DNA from: Chiloscyllium plagiosum
Lineage: Eukaryota
Length of the DNA: 64,000 nucleotides
Direction: 5' to 3'
Assembly (NCBI RefSeq): GCF_004010195.1
Contig: NC_057748.1
Coordinates: 6,271,653 to 6,335,652 of the forward strand
Under the pieces are notes generated by a model. That model was not told the origin of the DNA. It was given only the letters and a program-made list of their open reading frames with translations, and did no database searches. Position 1 is the stretch's first letter, and every line of letters begins with the position of its first letter. Of this stretch, positions 1 through 12,435 are shown piece by piece. Both the position numbers and the translations under genes were made by a program.

Positions 1-672
1 TACCACCCTTCCCTTTCACCCTAACAGGAATATACTTTCTCTGGATTCTCATTATCTCATTTCTGAAGGTTTCCCATTTTCCAGCCGTCCCTTTACCTGC
101 GAACATCTGCACCCAATTAACTTTTGAAAGTTCTTGCCTAATACCATCAAAATTGGCCTTTCTCCAATTTGGAACTTCAACTTTTAGATCTGGTCTATCC
201 TTTTCCATCACTATTTTAAAACTAACAGAATTATGGTCGCTGGGCCCAAAGTGCTTCCCCACTGACACCTCAGTCACCTGCCCTGCCTTATTTCCCAAGA
301 GTAGGTCAAGTTTTGCACCTTCTCTAGTAGGTACATCCACATACTGAATCAGAAAGTTTTCTTGTACACACTTAACAAATTCCTCTCTATCTAAACCTTT
401 AACACTATGGCAGTCCCAGTCTATGTTTGGAAAGTTAAAATCCCCTACCATGACCACCCTATTATTCTTACAAGTAGCTGAGATCTCCTTACAAGTTTGT
501 TTCTCAATTTCCCTCCGACTATTATGAGGTCTATAATACAATCCCAATAAGGGATCATCCCTTTCTTATTTCTCAGTTCCACCCAAATAATCTCCTTGGA
601 TGTATTTCCAGGAATACCCTCCCTCAGTATAACTGTAATGCTATCCCTTATCAAAAACGCCACACCCCTCCT
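1..672 (-). mobile_element. CR1-clade (HER1-like) LINE fragment, ORF2 endonuclease region
   Basis: Minus-strand translation gives IWVELRNKKG..., VGDFNFPNIDW, LDLLLGNKAGQVTEVSVG, typical of the CR1 APE domain; very similar to 24004-24580. Confidence 0.85.
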
Positions 673-889
673 CCATTGTTGAATGGCAACATAGTCTCGA
701 GAGGCTGAATGGTCTCCTTCCGTTCTCATTATGAAATTATAGATGGACGCTGCTTTTCCCTCTGGGAATGAGGAATATTTCACATCAGCTGCTCTAGCAA
801 TTGTCCCCCCACTCCATCCTTACCTGATGGTATAAGTTACAGGCTGAAAACATACTCTCATTGTTGGAATAACATCTCTCTTTTACAGT

Positions 890-1051
890 ATGTGGTGGTC
901 TCAGATTTTCCTCCTTGCACTGTGCTTCCCATATGTCCAGAACAGACACCTTTGTCACCCAACCAACGTGACAATTTCTGCCGAGAAGGATGAATGCCCC
1001 ATCTGTGTGACCCTAACTACCTCCATATGCAGTGGCTACTGTCCAACCAAG
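890..1051 (+). CDS. lhb: Luteinizing hormone beta subunit, first coding exon (signal peptide to CPTK)
   Basis: Acceptor ttttacag ends at 888, ATG at 890; [54 protein letters not shown]; cystine-knot CxGYC motif; single N-glycosylation sequon (NVT) at the LH-type position; donor AAG|gtaata at 1052, phase 0. Confidence 0.95.
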
Positions 1052-1254
1052 GTAATATTAGGGAGAACGGGGGGGTGGGGGAGGTGGGTTGGGGAGAGGG
1101 GTGTGTGACTGTGCACGTACGAGCTGGGATGACCTGCCATCATCATTACATCCACCCTCATCACATTTTCTGTCTGTTTCACCTGATCACCTCTGATCAG
1201 GAGTCTTCCCAGTAGAGTTATGCAAGTGGCCATTCTTAATACATATCATTGAAG

Positions 1255-1560
1255 TATCCAAACCCACAACCACTTCCATCTGGAAGGACAAGGGCAGCAG
1301 GTATTTGGAAACACCACCACCTGCAAGTTCCCCTCCAAGCCACTCACCTCCCTGACTTGGAAATATACCGCTGTTTCTTCACAGTCATTGGGTCAAAATC
1401 CTGGAATTCCCTCCCTACCAGCACTGTGGGTCAACCCACAGCAAGTGGTCTGCAGCGATTCAAGAAGGCAGCTCACCCCCTCCTTCTCAAGGGCAAATAC
1501 AGACGGGCTATTAATACTGGCCAGCCAGTGATGCCCAAGTCCCACAAGTGAATAAAAAAA
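1255..1560 (+). mobile_element. 3' end of a CR1/L2-group LINE
   Basis: Encodes FFTVIGSKSWNSLP...LQRFKKAAH (typical ORF2 C-terminus) and ends in an A-rich tail; related copy at about 57710-58060. Confidence 0.7.
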
Positions 1561-1736
1561 AGAATAAAAAGCCCAGAAGGCTTTTTGACTGTGGGAGGAA
1601 TCACAGGGGATCCTGTCCTAGTTCAAATCACCAGAAGCCAACATGAGATCACCAGTTAAAGGAAACAGTGAACAATTTTCCTGTGAACCGCCCTGGGGTC
1701 CTTGACACTAACTGAAGTGAGTCAACAAGGAGGTTG

Positions 1737-2377
1737 GGAGGTGATGGCCTAGTAGTATTTTCGCTGGGTCATCAATCCAGAGAACCAGGTAATGCTCTTC
1801 AGAAAACAAAAAGAGCTGGAGATCACAGCAAGTTAAACAGCGTCCATGGAGAGAGAGAGCAAGCTAACATTTCAAGTCTAGATGATTCTTCATTAGAGCT
1901 GGGTTCTTAGGAGCTGGGTTCAAATCCTGCCATGACAGGTGGTGGAACTTACATTACGAGCCAATGGTGACCATTAAACGATCATCAATTTTGGATGTAG
2001 ATTTGCTCGTTGAGCTGGAAGGTTAGTTTTCAGATGTTTCATCACCATATTAGCTAACATTTTCAGTGATCCTCCAGATGTGGCACTGATGGTGTAGCCC
2101 GCTTTCTATTTATGTGTTTGGGTTTCCTTGGGTTGGTGATGTCATTTCCTATGGTGATGTAATTTCCGGTTCTTTTTCTCAGAGGGTGGTCAATTATTCG
2201 GGAAGTCCCTTCTGTCTCACGAAAGGAACTGCTGTCCTTACCTTGTCTGACCTACCTGTGACTTCAGACCATAGCAATGTGGTTGATGCTTAACTGCCCT
2301 CTGGGCAATTAGGGATGGGCAATAAATGCTGGCCCAGCCAGTGACACACACAATGTGTGAATTAGTGAAAAAAAAAG
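1737..2377 (+). mobile_element. tRNA-derived SINE (family 2) interrupted by two Penelope-derived inserts (1801-1900, 1993-2188)
   Basis: A-box tggcctagtag, B-box ggttcaaatcc, body ccttacc..tctgacctacctgtgact..agacc.agcaatgtggttga, tail gggcaattagggatgggcaataaatgctggcc; further copies at about 27718-28065, 45235-45570, 47085-47815, 50770-51520, 53855-54195, 58690-59015, 62490-62780. Confidence 0.75.
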
Positions 2378-2414
2378 CAGGGTGGAGACTGATAATATAT
2401 CAGCTAAGTGAACC

Positions 2415-2728
2415 TCTGGGGTGAGGGACTCCAGAACTAGGGGGCTTAGGTTTAGGGTGAGAGGGGAAAGATATAAGAGGGATCTGATGGACAACTTTTT
2501 CACACAGAGGGTGTGCATGTATGGAATGAGCTGCCAGAGGAAATGGTGGAGGCTGGTACAATTACAGCATTTAAAAGACATCTGGATGGGTATATGAATA
2601 GGAAGGGTTTAGAGGGATATGGGCTGAATGCTGTCAAATGGGACTAGATTAGGTTAGGATATCTGGTCGGCATGGACGAGTTGGACCGAAGGGTCTTTTT
2701 TCCCTGCTGTACATCTCTATGATTCCAT
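2415..2728 (+). mobile_element. CR1/HER1 LINE 3' end
   Basis: RTRG..FRVRGERYKRDL..NFFTQRV..WNELPEEMVEAGT motif plus the conserved 3' tail ggaccgaagggtc...ctgtacatctctatga. Confidence 0.85.
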
Positions 2729-3747
2729 TTATGGAGCATCCCAGTGTGATGTGAATTTAACAGAGTGAATTGGATGAATTAAATGGACTTGATGGTTCTT
2801 GAGGTAGTTGCACTATTGAAGATGAGCCTAAGATTAATTGACTCTTGACCGATATCCAAATGATTTTGCTGGAAATTGCCGAGAGAGGTGTGTATCAGAT
2901 GGAAACAGGCCAGGAACCACTGTTCATGGGTCAAGTGATGTGTTGACATTCCCAGGAAAGGGTCATTATCAAAAACAGAACCTCGCATAAAAGTAGGAAG
3001 TGCAAGTTTGGAAAGTAGGGTTAATTACTACAATTAGGAAACAACTCTGTAAATGTCTTTAAGTTGAATCCAACAGCGGAAATTCTAATCCAGGATTTCA
3101 CAAAGTGAAACTTGGGGTCATAAGCTCACACGCTGCAATAGCCACTGCATAGCTCTTCCCCTTCACCTCTTTCAGGCCTTCTATCCTTCACCGCCTGCCA
3201 TCTGGTTTCCTCACACCTGCTCTACTTTCAGATCATTTCAAAGGCTCAAAATGGAGTCACACTACGAAAATGTTCAAGAAGCTCCAGACCAACCTGGAGA
3301 GAAGAGACTGCAGTTCATTGCACATTGAAAGGGTTGCACAGCAGAGTCAACATGGGATTGGATAAAAACTTGAATGGGAGGAATTACAGGACTATGGGGA
3401 AGAGTCAGGACATAAAGGTGTAACTAGATTGTATGGAGCTGCCACATGCATATGCAATGGGTCTCCTGGTGTGGGAAGTAATTCCATGAAATCTAAAACA
3501 AGACACATTTCAGATATGGCTATGGTGCAAACTCAACTTGATTTTAGGGCTCAAAACATTAGTGGTTAGTAACACTTGAATTGAAATACTGTTAACCAAA
3601 GCTTGGCTTATAATTTCACAACGTGTAAAAACCTGAACAATAAGGAGTAATAAGGAAGGCAGATAGAACACTGGCTTTTATTTCAAAGAGATTACAGTAT
3701 AATAGGGAAGTTTTGTTGAAACCATACAAGGTAATGGTCAGCACTAC

Positions 3748-4005
3748 TACCTCACAGTGCCAGGGATCCTGGGTTTGATTTCCGCCTTGGGTGACTGTGT
3801 GGAGTTTGCACATTCTCCCTGTGTCTCCGTGGGTTTCCTCTGGGTGCTCCAGTTTCCTCCCACAATCCATAGATGTGCAGGCTAGGTGGATTGGCCATGG
3901 GAAATGCAGGGATACAGGAACAGGGTTGGAGTGGGTGGGGTGCTGTTTGGAAGGTCGGTGTGGACTCGATGAGCCAAGTGCCCAGCTTCCACACTGTATG
4001 GACTC
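3748..4005 (+). mobile_element. HE1-like (V-SINE) tRNA-derived SINE
   Basis: gcact.ctacctcacagtgccaggga.cc.gggtttgattt, core ctgtgtggagtttgcacattctccc..tgtct, CR1-like tail. Confidence 0.8.
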
Positions 4006-4344
4006 TATTGTTCTACTAGTCAGGCTTTAGCTGGAATAACGTGAACAGCGATGGGTTTGTTGCACCTGCACATAGTATTCTTTAACTCTTACACCAGCAA
4101 AAGGACAATAAACTCAAGAATAATAAACAATATTTATTTAACACAAGTAATACTATAACAAAGTACACCATAAACTAACAAATTACTTTACTAATATATC
4201 TGCATTTTAACTTAACTCTGGGTGATCATATACCACCACACTAGAATTTGGCCTTACTCCACATGGTGAAGATGCTTGGTCTTCTCCAGGTGATCTCAGG
4301 GGTACCTTCTCTTCTCAGTAGTTCTTTTGCAGTTACTGCTCAAG

Positions 4345-4655
4345 TTCATAGAATCCCTACAATGTGGAAACAGGCCCTTCACCCCAACAAGTCCACACTG
4401 ACCCTCTGAAGAGAAACCCATCCAGACCCATTCCCCTACTATCCTATATTTACCCTGGACTAATGCACCTAACCTACACACCCCTGAATACGATGGGCAA
4501 TTTAGCATGGCCAATTCACCTAACATGCACATCTTTGGACTGTGGGAGGAAACCCACGCAGACACAGGGAGAATGTGCAAATGCCCGAGGCTGGAATCGA
4601 ACACAGGTCCCTGGCGCTGTGAGGCAGCAGTGCGAACCACTCAGCCACCGTGACA
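4345..4655 (-). mobile_element. HE1-like SINE
   Basis: Reverse-complement match to the 20935-21249 copy. Confidence 0.85.
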
Positions 4656-5139
4656 CCCCTGAGCACAGTGTGGCGGTGATTCTTATATACCAAAGCCTTC
4701 GCAGCCTTTTCGGAGGGACTCAAGTGTCCTCCAATGGATCGATCAGGCTCCATCACCCTGATCGATTGGACCCAGCCAGGCGTTGCCACGTTGATGGTAA
4801 GGTGGTCCTTAGGCACACACGTAGCCTCCTCCAAATAAGCCTGCATGTCTGTCAAATACCTCGATTTTTCTGATCATCCTGACCATTGCCTCCATTCAAA
4901 CCCAAATTCGGGCATATATTATAGATGAAGGTGGGGCTGATGGTCATAGGTCAGGAAATTTTAAAAACATACAAAACTGGTAGATTGAAACTGTCTGTTG
5001 GTAGCTGCAGCTTGTCTGGATTCTTCAGCATGTGGATTAGCACAGTCACTTTGGTCAAAGTTGGTTCCCATTTCCTAGCATGCTTTAGTCATTGTCCATC
5101 TTTCATAACTCCATGATGAGTTCATTATTTTGAGTGGCT

Positions 5140-5640
5140 CCTACGACCACAGGTTCCTTAGCTAAGGAACGATACACTGCCTTTGGGGGTAAACCAGAGA
5201 AGGCTCATTGGAATGATACAATGTATGGAAGGAAATGCCTTCAGATGAGAGGTTGAGCCTGTACTTACTGGAATTTAGAGAATGAGAAGCAATCTTATTG
5301 AAATATACAGGGCTCTTGGGAGATTTGACAAGATAGAGGCAGAAAGTTTGTTTGCCCTTGTGGGAGAGTCCAGGACCACAGGGTATACTCTCAGAATAAA
5401 AAGGAGTCACACATTTAAGACAGAGTTGAGGAATATCTTATCTAAGATGAATCTGTGGAATTCTTTACCACATAGAGGCTGTGTCATTAATGTAGTCCGG
5501 GCCAAAATGGATTTTTATTCAGTAGAGAAATCATGGGTTATTGGGAAAAGTGGAGCTGAGGGTGATCAGAGCTGCCATGATTTCAACAAATGGCAGAGCA
5601 TTCTCAAAGGCCTGATTCTGCTCCTTTGTTCTATGATCAT
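5140..5640 (+). mobile_element. Older CR1 LINE 3' fragment
   Basis: LEFRRMRSNLIEIY...SRTTGYTLRIK...LWNSLP motifs. Confidence 0.75.
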
Positions 5641-5847
5641 AAATAATAGTTGAAGTTGTATATTTTCCCACTGTGATACATTATAGGAAGCATAGCTAGA
5701 TTCTAAGATCGCACCAAGATTGGGAATAAGGGATTTAAACTAAAACTAAGACACTTTCTCATCAAGGCTATAAAATACGAACCAATGCTGTGTGGGGAGA
5801 ATGTTTGAAACACCTGTGATTAACTAAATGTATTCTTTCGTTGACAG

Positions 5848-6078
5848 GAATCAGTGTATAAGAGCCCTCTCCTGTCAGTTTACCAGCATGTGTGCACTTA
5901 CAAGGAGATTCAATATGAGACCATCAATCTGCCAGGTTGCCCCCTGGGCGTTGATTCCACCTACACCTACCCTGTGGCAGTCAGCTGTGAATGTAACCTC
6001 TGTAAAATGGATTACACCGACTGCACGGTGCAGAGCATCAAACCCGACTTCTGCAGTGCCAGGACACTGTCGTCGTGA
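5848..6078 (+). CDS. lhb: Luteinizing hormone beta subunit, last coding exon
   Basis: Acceptor ttgacag|GAA; ESVYKSPLLSVYQHVCTYKEIQYETINLPGCPLGVDSTYTYPVAVSCECNLCKMDYTDCTVQSIKPDFCSARTLSS*; completes the 12 conserved cysteines, 130 aa in total; resembles fish LH-beta (KxxVYKSPxxxVYQHVCTY); ruvbl2 is the neighbour as for human LHB. Confidence 0.95.
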   Translation, partial: ESVYKSPLLSVYQHVCTYKEIQYETINLPGCPLGVDSTYTYPVAVSCECNLCKMDYTDCTVQSIKPDFCSARTLSS

Positions 6079-6370
6079 GCTGTGCCTCTTCAACACCCAT
6101 CACCTCTCTGCTCATCGCTGTTGTACTGTCTTCTGCTGCATTTTTGCTCATTCAGGGTTTCCTTCTGGGTGTCAGAGCCGGCTTCTCGTGACATCCCTGA
6201 AGCTCCTGTTTCTTCCTGCACTCACCCACTTCAGGGGAGCACAGTAAAGCACTGCATATTTAACATGCTGTGAAACCTGAAAAAGATTTCACTTGAATAG
6301 TTTTATAGATTGAACTCCCATTAATGCACCCAGGACTGCTGTTTTGGAAACAATTTAGGAGCTACCGTGA

Positions 6371-6376
6371 AATAAA
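6371..6376 (+). terminator. Candidate polyadenylation signal of lhb (second AATAAA at 6709-6714)
   Basis: AATAAA about 290 nt after the stop, followed by a GT/T-rich tract. Confidence 0.55.
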
Positions 6377-7127
6377 GGCAGCAGTTTTGGATTTGGTATG
6401 GTGGGAGGGGGAAGACGATGAAGGAGAGAGAGAGAGAGATATGGTCAGAGGAAGTTGAAAAGTCACACAAAGTTAAGTGAGGAAAGGGATAGGGTCTTAC
6501 AGCTGCAAAACTAGACAGACATTCTGGTTAAGTTTTTAAACTGACAAATTTCTCCTGGCTCAACCAATGTCATTTTGAATATTTTGTAACTGGGATGGTG
6601 GTATTTCCCCTCTCCTGACCCCGCCCCGGCCACTGACCCTCGTCCCTAATGCAGCAGAACAGCAGCACGATAAATCAATGTTTAATTTCAAAATACCGAC
6701 TGTTTGAAAATAAAGGGTCCTAAACTCAAACCAAATGGAGTTGGGTGCAGTTAATTATTCCTTCAGTTGGAGTATTCGGCTAAATTACGGTCTGCTCAGC
6801 TGAAGAACCTGGGTCTGAGACAATTCTACACTGACAGGAAGGGAAGACACTGGGCTGCAAGGTTCAACATGAAATGTGTGCAGTTTCCTGAGTGTGGTGT
6901 TATGTGAATGCAGTTTCCTTGCTGCAACAATGGCAGGCATCAGAGGACTTTTTGGACAAAGGTATATTCAGCAGCAGAGGGTGAGTTTCAATTCACACAA
7001 ACACCCATCCACCTTGTCCAGGAGAACCAAACGAAGCTGTGTAAAAGGAGTCGGCCCTCATTGCTGCACCTCACCTGGAAATACAGAATGCCATGTGAGA
7101 AAATTGTATAAATCACAGAACTGATTA

Positions 7128-7720
7128 GCAGTATTGTGTTCAGTTTTGGTCATCTTGCTATAGGAAGGATGTTATTAAACCAGAAAGAGTGCAGAAAAAA
7201 TTTTCAAGGATGTCGCCAGTGCTCAGTGGACTGAGTTATAAGGAGAGGTTGCACAAGCCAAGATCTTTTTCTTTAGAGCGCAGGAGACTGAGGGGGAATC
7301 TTATGGAAGTGTATAAGATAATGAGAGGCATGGATAGGGTGAATGCACTCAGTCTTTTTCCCATGGTTGGGGAATCAAGGACTAGAGGCCATGAGTTTAA
7401 GGAAGGAGAAAAGAATAGGGAACTTGAGGGGCAACGTTTTTTTTTACACAGAGGGTGGTGCACATATGGAAATGGAAGTGGTTGAGGCGGGTACATTAAC
7501 AACATTTAAAAGGCATTTTGACAAACACACGGATAGGAAAAGTGTAGAAGGATTTGGGCTAAATGCAGGGAATTAGGGTTAGTGTGAATGGAATGGTTGG
7601 AGTGGACAAGTTGGACTGAAGGGTCTGTTTCCATGCTGTACATCTCTATGACATTTTGGTCAGCACTGACCAGTTTGGGCCAAAGAGCCAGTCTCAGTGA
7701 TTTAGGACCCTATGACTTCT
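7128..7720 (+). mobile_element. CR1 LINE 3' fragment
   Basis: VQKKFSRM..LSGLSYKERL..FSLERRRLRGNLMEVYKIMRG. Confidence 0.85.
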
Positions 7721-7878
7721 TATCTGTGTTAGAGCAAAGTGACCAAACCTGACAATGTGAAGTAAAAATAGATTTTAAATTAAGGTTACTTAGCTCTTTT
7801 AACTGGCTGTTTGTGTAAGTTCATTGTTAGGTAACACAGAACGATGATATGTTGGAATACTAAATACTATTTAAACAG

Positions 7879-8050
7879 GTTGAGGTTCTGGATGTAAGTT
7901 TGCTCGCTGAGCTGGAAAGTTCAGTTTCAGATGTTTCATCACCATGAAGTAACATCATCACCGGAGGCTCACTGGCTACGTTACCTGCTATGATGGCAAA
8001 ACGTCTGAAAATGAACCTTCCAGCTCAGCTAACAAACTTACACCCAGAAC
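7879..8050. mobile_element. Penelope-derived hairpin element, family C, degenerate hammerheads
   Basis: Inverted arms gttctggatgtaagtttgctcgctgagctggaa...ttccagctcagctaacaaacttacacccagaac; flanked by the 13 bp direct repeat actatttaaacag (7866-7878, 8049-8061). Confidence 0.75.
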
Positions 8051-8509
8051 TATTTAAACAGTCTAACATAACCTACTGAACACCTTGCAAGCAGGAACTG
8101 AAAACCCCATATCATTGGATGCATGGAATGGGCTCTGGACACATCTAAGTAGCCCCATCAGACTAAGCCAAACAGCATCAGGTTGGCATTCCGAAAACCG
8201 AACATGGTTAAGTAGTTGCAATACTCATTCATACATTTGTATACATGTACGGTAGCCTCCTTGATGAGACAGTGGAAAGATTATTGGTTCCCATGGAACT
8301 CTATCCCATTAAGGCAGCCTTGGATAGTCCGTCTTACTGACAAAGAGAATATGGTATTGATTAAATTGGCACATTTCAGCCCCTTGGTGCACTACAGCAT
8401 GGTTCTTCATTGTTCTAGCCATCACTTCAGAATCATGATGACCAACTGAATACAGGTTACGGAAGTAAAACACGGGTAAAGTTCAATGCAAAATTTAATT
8501 TTTTCAGGA

Positions 8510-8515
8510 TTTATT
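8510..8515 (-). terminator. Candidate polyadenylation signal of ruvbl2
   Basis: tttatt on + (AATAAA on -) about 130 nt past the stop codon. Confidence 0.6.
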
Positions 8516-8642
8516 ATACAAAAGACAACTACAGGAAAAGATAAAACTTGACAAATATGCATCAATTTAATAAAGTGATCAGGTTTCTATTGTATCAAAC
8601 ATCATTGCTTTCAATCATTACACGCCTTCACGACAGTGAGGC

Positions 8643-8668
8643 TCAAGTGGTGTCCATTGATTCGCCTT
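8643..8668 (-). CDS. ruvbl2: RuvB-like 2 exon 15 (KGESMDTT*)
   Basis: Acceptor ttttgcag|AA GGC GAA TCA ATG GAC ACC ACT TGA; matches the human C-terminus KGETMDTS. Confidence 0.92.
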
Positions 8669-9666
8669 CTGCAAAAGAACAAAACATGAAATGTGTAAAA
8701 CAGCTTCCTAGACAACGGAGGTAAAGTTTCTAATTCTCCTTGCTATCTGGTTACCACCGCAAAATGAGAGAGAGAGAACACATACATGCACAGAATGTGC
8801 GAGTGGATGTGAGAGTGCAATTAACACCTCCATGTGAGGGTTGCAAACTCAAGTGCATGTCTTTACTGTTGCAAAACCGACAGGTAGAGAAACCTTTCAA
8901 TGCAATACTTCAATCCACTTTCATGCTGGATGTAGTGAGAGAATATTCGAACGTGAGGTCAGTCCAGACTTTTCCTAACATATCATTGATTATAGAGTAG
9001 TCATAACACAACACTGTCTTTGTCATCTAGCTTTTAAAATACGAAGCAACAGTCAAAGGGAGGCACAGGAAAATGTACAATGGTCAGCAATCCTCAAACT
9101 GTCTGCCTGATTAAAAACTGTTACACCTAGTTTCTTACATCTACCTATTACGTTTCCCCCATTCTTCTAGATGAAAGTAACTTTCTAGTGTGCAATGCGC
9201 TGCTGCTCTCAGATGCCATTCTGCATGTGAGACAGGGCAGACAGGTTAATCAAGATGCACAGCAACAGCTTACCAAGAGTGCATTGTTAGCACAATCACT
9301 ACCACCCTGAAATACATGGCAGCACCACCACTGGTAAGATCCTCTCAAATTGCAATGGGGATTCAAGGAATTTCAGTGCTGTGTCTGATTTAATCATAAC
9401 AGCTTTCTGCTAACACAATATCTAAAATGGAACCACCCCTCTTTCTCCAGTACCTTGGTACAGGGTTTACCTTAAATGCCAGGCAATGATGGTTTCCAAA
9501 AAAAAAATCAATAAATGTGATTGGATTTCACCAGCACGATCTCCATGCTGGAGATGATCAGGATCTTCACTGGACTAGTCACATTAACTTTTATATTAGG
9601 AGGATAGATGCTGGATACAATGACAAGTGGCTCACAACCTGAGATCGCCAAGTCCATCTTCAGTGA

Positions 9667-9820
9667 GGGAGAAAGTGAGGACTGCAGATGCTGGAGATCA
9701 GAGTTGAGAGTGTGGTGCTGGAAAAGCACAGCAGGTCAGGCAGCATCCGAGGAGCAGGAGAATCAACATTTCGGGCATAAGCCCTTCATCCTGCTGTGCT
9801 TTTCCAGCGCCACACTTTGG
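9667..9820. mobile_element. Penelope-derived hairpin element, family A
   Basis: Head ggagaaagtgaggactgcagatgctggagatcagag with inverted arm; flanking near-direct repeat ccatctYcagtga (9654-9666, 9825-9837). Confidence 0.8.
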
Positions 9821-9899
9821 ACCACCATCTCCAGTGAACTCGCAATGAAATACTTACAGCTGATTAGGCTGGTGGGAATGCAATAATCTGTCAACAGGA

Positions 9900-11035
9900 T
9901 CGACACTACTTAGATCAGGGCAACTGGCTTGTTTGCTGCTCCTGCTACTGTTCAAAGTCCACTGCAACGCACCAAGCTTCCACCAACAGTATCTTCTCAA
10001 CACCATGACTTTACCAACATTAGGAATCAGAGCAATAACATCAGGGAAAACTATCGTGCCTTGGCTAGAAATTTTTCATCATCACTGGCTCAAATCCCTG
10101 AGCTTCCCAAATGTATAAACAATGTGGGAACACTCATCAGGTGGAGCAGGCCTATTGGTATTCCGACCGGTGATCTTGCCATTGACTCTTCTCATGGGGA
10201 TTTTGGTTTGATCCTTTGGTCAATTGACCAGATTTTAGTGCTTCACAGAAGCTTACGTTGTCAGCAGACACTTGAGACTTTTCTCCACAAGTGACGTAGC
10301 AGTCATTTTGAATGTCTCCCAGTTTATGCTGAAGGTGCTGCATGCTTACGGAAGGTGGTCTCTTTCTCCTGGCTGGCTGAGCCAATGCTGACCACCTTGT
10401 TGCTAGTAGATCTTGGTGTATCCCTGCCATTATCATGAAGCCAGCCCTTGATGCTCAGTCCCGTAGCCTCAGTGGAAGTATCCGGCTTTGATGAGTCCCA
10501 GGCTTTTGCGACAGTGGAATCAGCAGTGTGATCAGGATGGGAGAAAGTGAATAATGCAGATGCTGGAGATCAGAGTCGAAAAGTGTGTGGCGCTGGAAAA
10601 ACACAGCCGGTCAGGCAGCATCCGAGGAGCAGGAGAATTGACGTTTCGACTGTAAGCCCTTCATCAGGAAGCCTCATTCCTGATGAAGGGCTTATGTTCG
10701 AAATGTCGATTCACCTGCTCCTCTGATGCTGTCTGACCGGATGTGCTTTTCCAGCATTACATTCTTCAAGTGTGATCAGGGTATTCCAGCCTAGTCTGTG
10801 AGATTTGCTAGATTTATATCTCTGCACGATGTGTGTGCAGGTTTCTGATCTGAAATCCCTTTGGTGATTGTCGCTTGATTGATTCTTATGCTTCGGCTTG
10901 AAATGGAAGTTCAGTTGTGAGTGAACAAGCCAATAATCTGTGTGGTAGTCAGCACTGGGCAAGACTCAAGTACGCAGCACATCCCCTAGGTCATGCTGTA
11001 TTTGATCAGAGCAAGGATATCGCTAAGTGGTCACA
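9900..11035 (-). mobile_element. Degenerate RTE-like LINE fragment, interrupted by a family A element
   Basis: Remnant RT motifs on - (AKAWDS resembling KAFDS, LHDN, FIHLGS resembling FTYLGS) with many frameshifts. Confidence 0.45.
10539..10768. mobile_element. Penelope-derived hairpin element, family A, two oppositely oriented hammerhead cores
   Basis: ...cccttcatcaggaa gcctca ttcctgatgaaggg...; 12 bp TSD agtgtgatcagg (10525-10536, 10769-10780). Confidence 0.85.
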
Positions 11036-11339
11036 GAGCCAGTGTTGTATAGCAATGGAACAGACCCTTCAGCCCAACTTGTCCATGCCGACCACATACC
11101 CTAAATGAATCTAGTCCCATTTGTCAGTATTTGGCCCATATTCCGCTAAATCCTTCCGATTCATATATCCATCCAGATATTTATCAATATTGTAATTGTA
11201 CCAGCCTCTACCACTTCCTCCAACTTCTCATTCCGTACAGGTGTCGTGAAGTGACCTTTTTCGTTGAAAGAAGGTGTTATTTATGAACGGTTGTTTTATA
11301 TGATTGTATCTTGATGTAATTTCTGTCTTGAGTATGCTT

Positions 11340-11905
11340 GCTTGCAGGGCTTCCATAGCCCTCTAAGGTACAGAATCCTAAAGATTCACCACCTTTAGTG
11401 AAGAAATTCCCTCTCAACACAGTCACAAGTGGCTTTGCTTTTATTCGGAGATTGTGCCCTGGTTCTGAAGTCACCAGCCAGGGGAAATATCTATAGCCAC
11501 CTATCAGGCCCTGTAAGTATTTTCTAAATTCCAGTAAGATCACTTCTCATTCTTCAAAGCTCTGGAGAATACAGGCCGGTTTCTTCAGTCTCTCCTGGTA
11601 GAAACAAGCCTGCCATCCTCGGGATCAGTCTGCTAAACCCCAACTGCACTCCTTCTATGGCAAGTACATCCTTTGTTAAATAAGGAGATCAAAACCATAC
11701 AAAATACTTCAGGTGTAGTCTCACCAATTCTCTGTACAACTGCAGCTTTACTCCAGTTTGGACGAAGACCAGCATATCATTTGCTTGTTGTATCTGCATG
11801 CTTGCTTTTACTGACTCACGAACATGGGGATGAACACTTCCCAAAATCTCACCATTTAAGAAATAATCTGCCTTTCTATTTGTTTCCATCAAAAACTGGA
11901 TAACT
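11340..11905 (-). mobile_element. Older CR1 LINE fragment
   Basis: QLYRELVRLHLKYFVWF..., GHNLRIK..., LRGNFFT motifs. Confidence 0.75.
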
Positions 11906-12039
11906 TCCTTTCTTCATATTGTATTACAGCTGCCAAACTCTGCTACTCTGTTGAGTACCTTAATGGAGAGGTTCTGGGTGACTGCTACTATAGCCCACAG
12001 CCTCTGGTCAAATTGTAACAGCCAAGATTTCACTTATTA

Positions 12040-12342
<303 letters not shown>

Positions 12343-12435
12343 TCAGACACCAAGTGGGATTGCAAGACCCAACACAGCCAGGGCCGAGCTCCTCCTCCCC
12401 CCCCACCACCACCCCTCCCCACCCCCCAACCCTGG

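Noticed and set aside
890-6078. FSH-beta or TSH-beta identity
   Set aside because: Only the first N-glycosylation site is present, the CPTK..VYKSP..VYQHVC pattern is LH-like, and the gene adjoins ruvbl2
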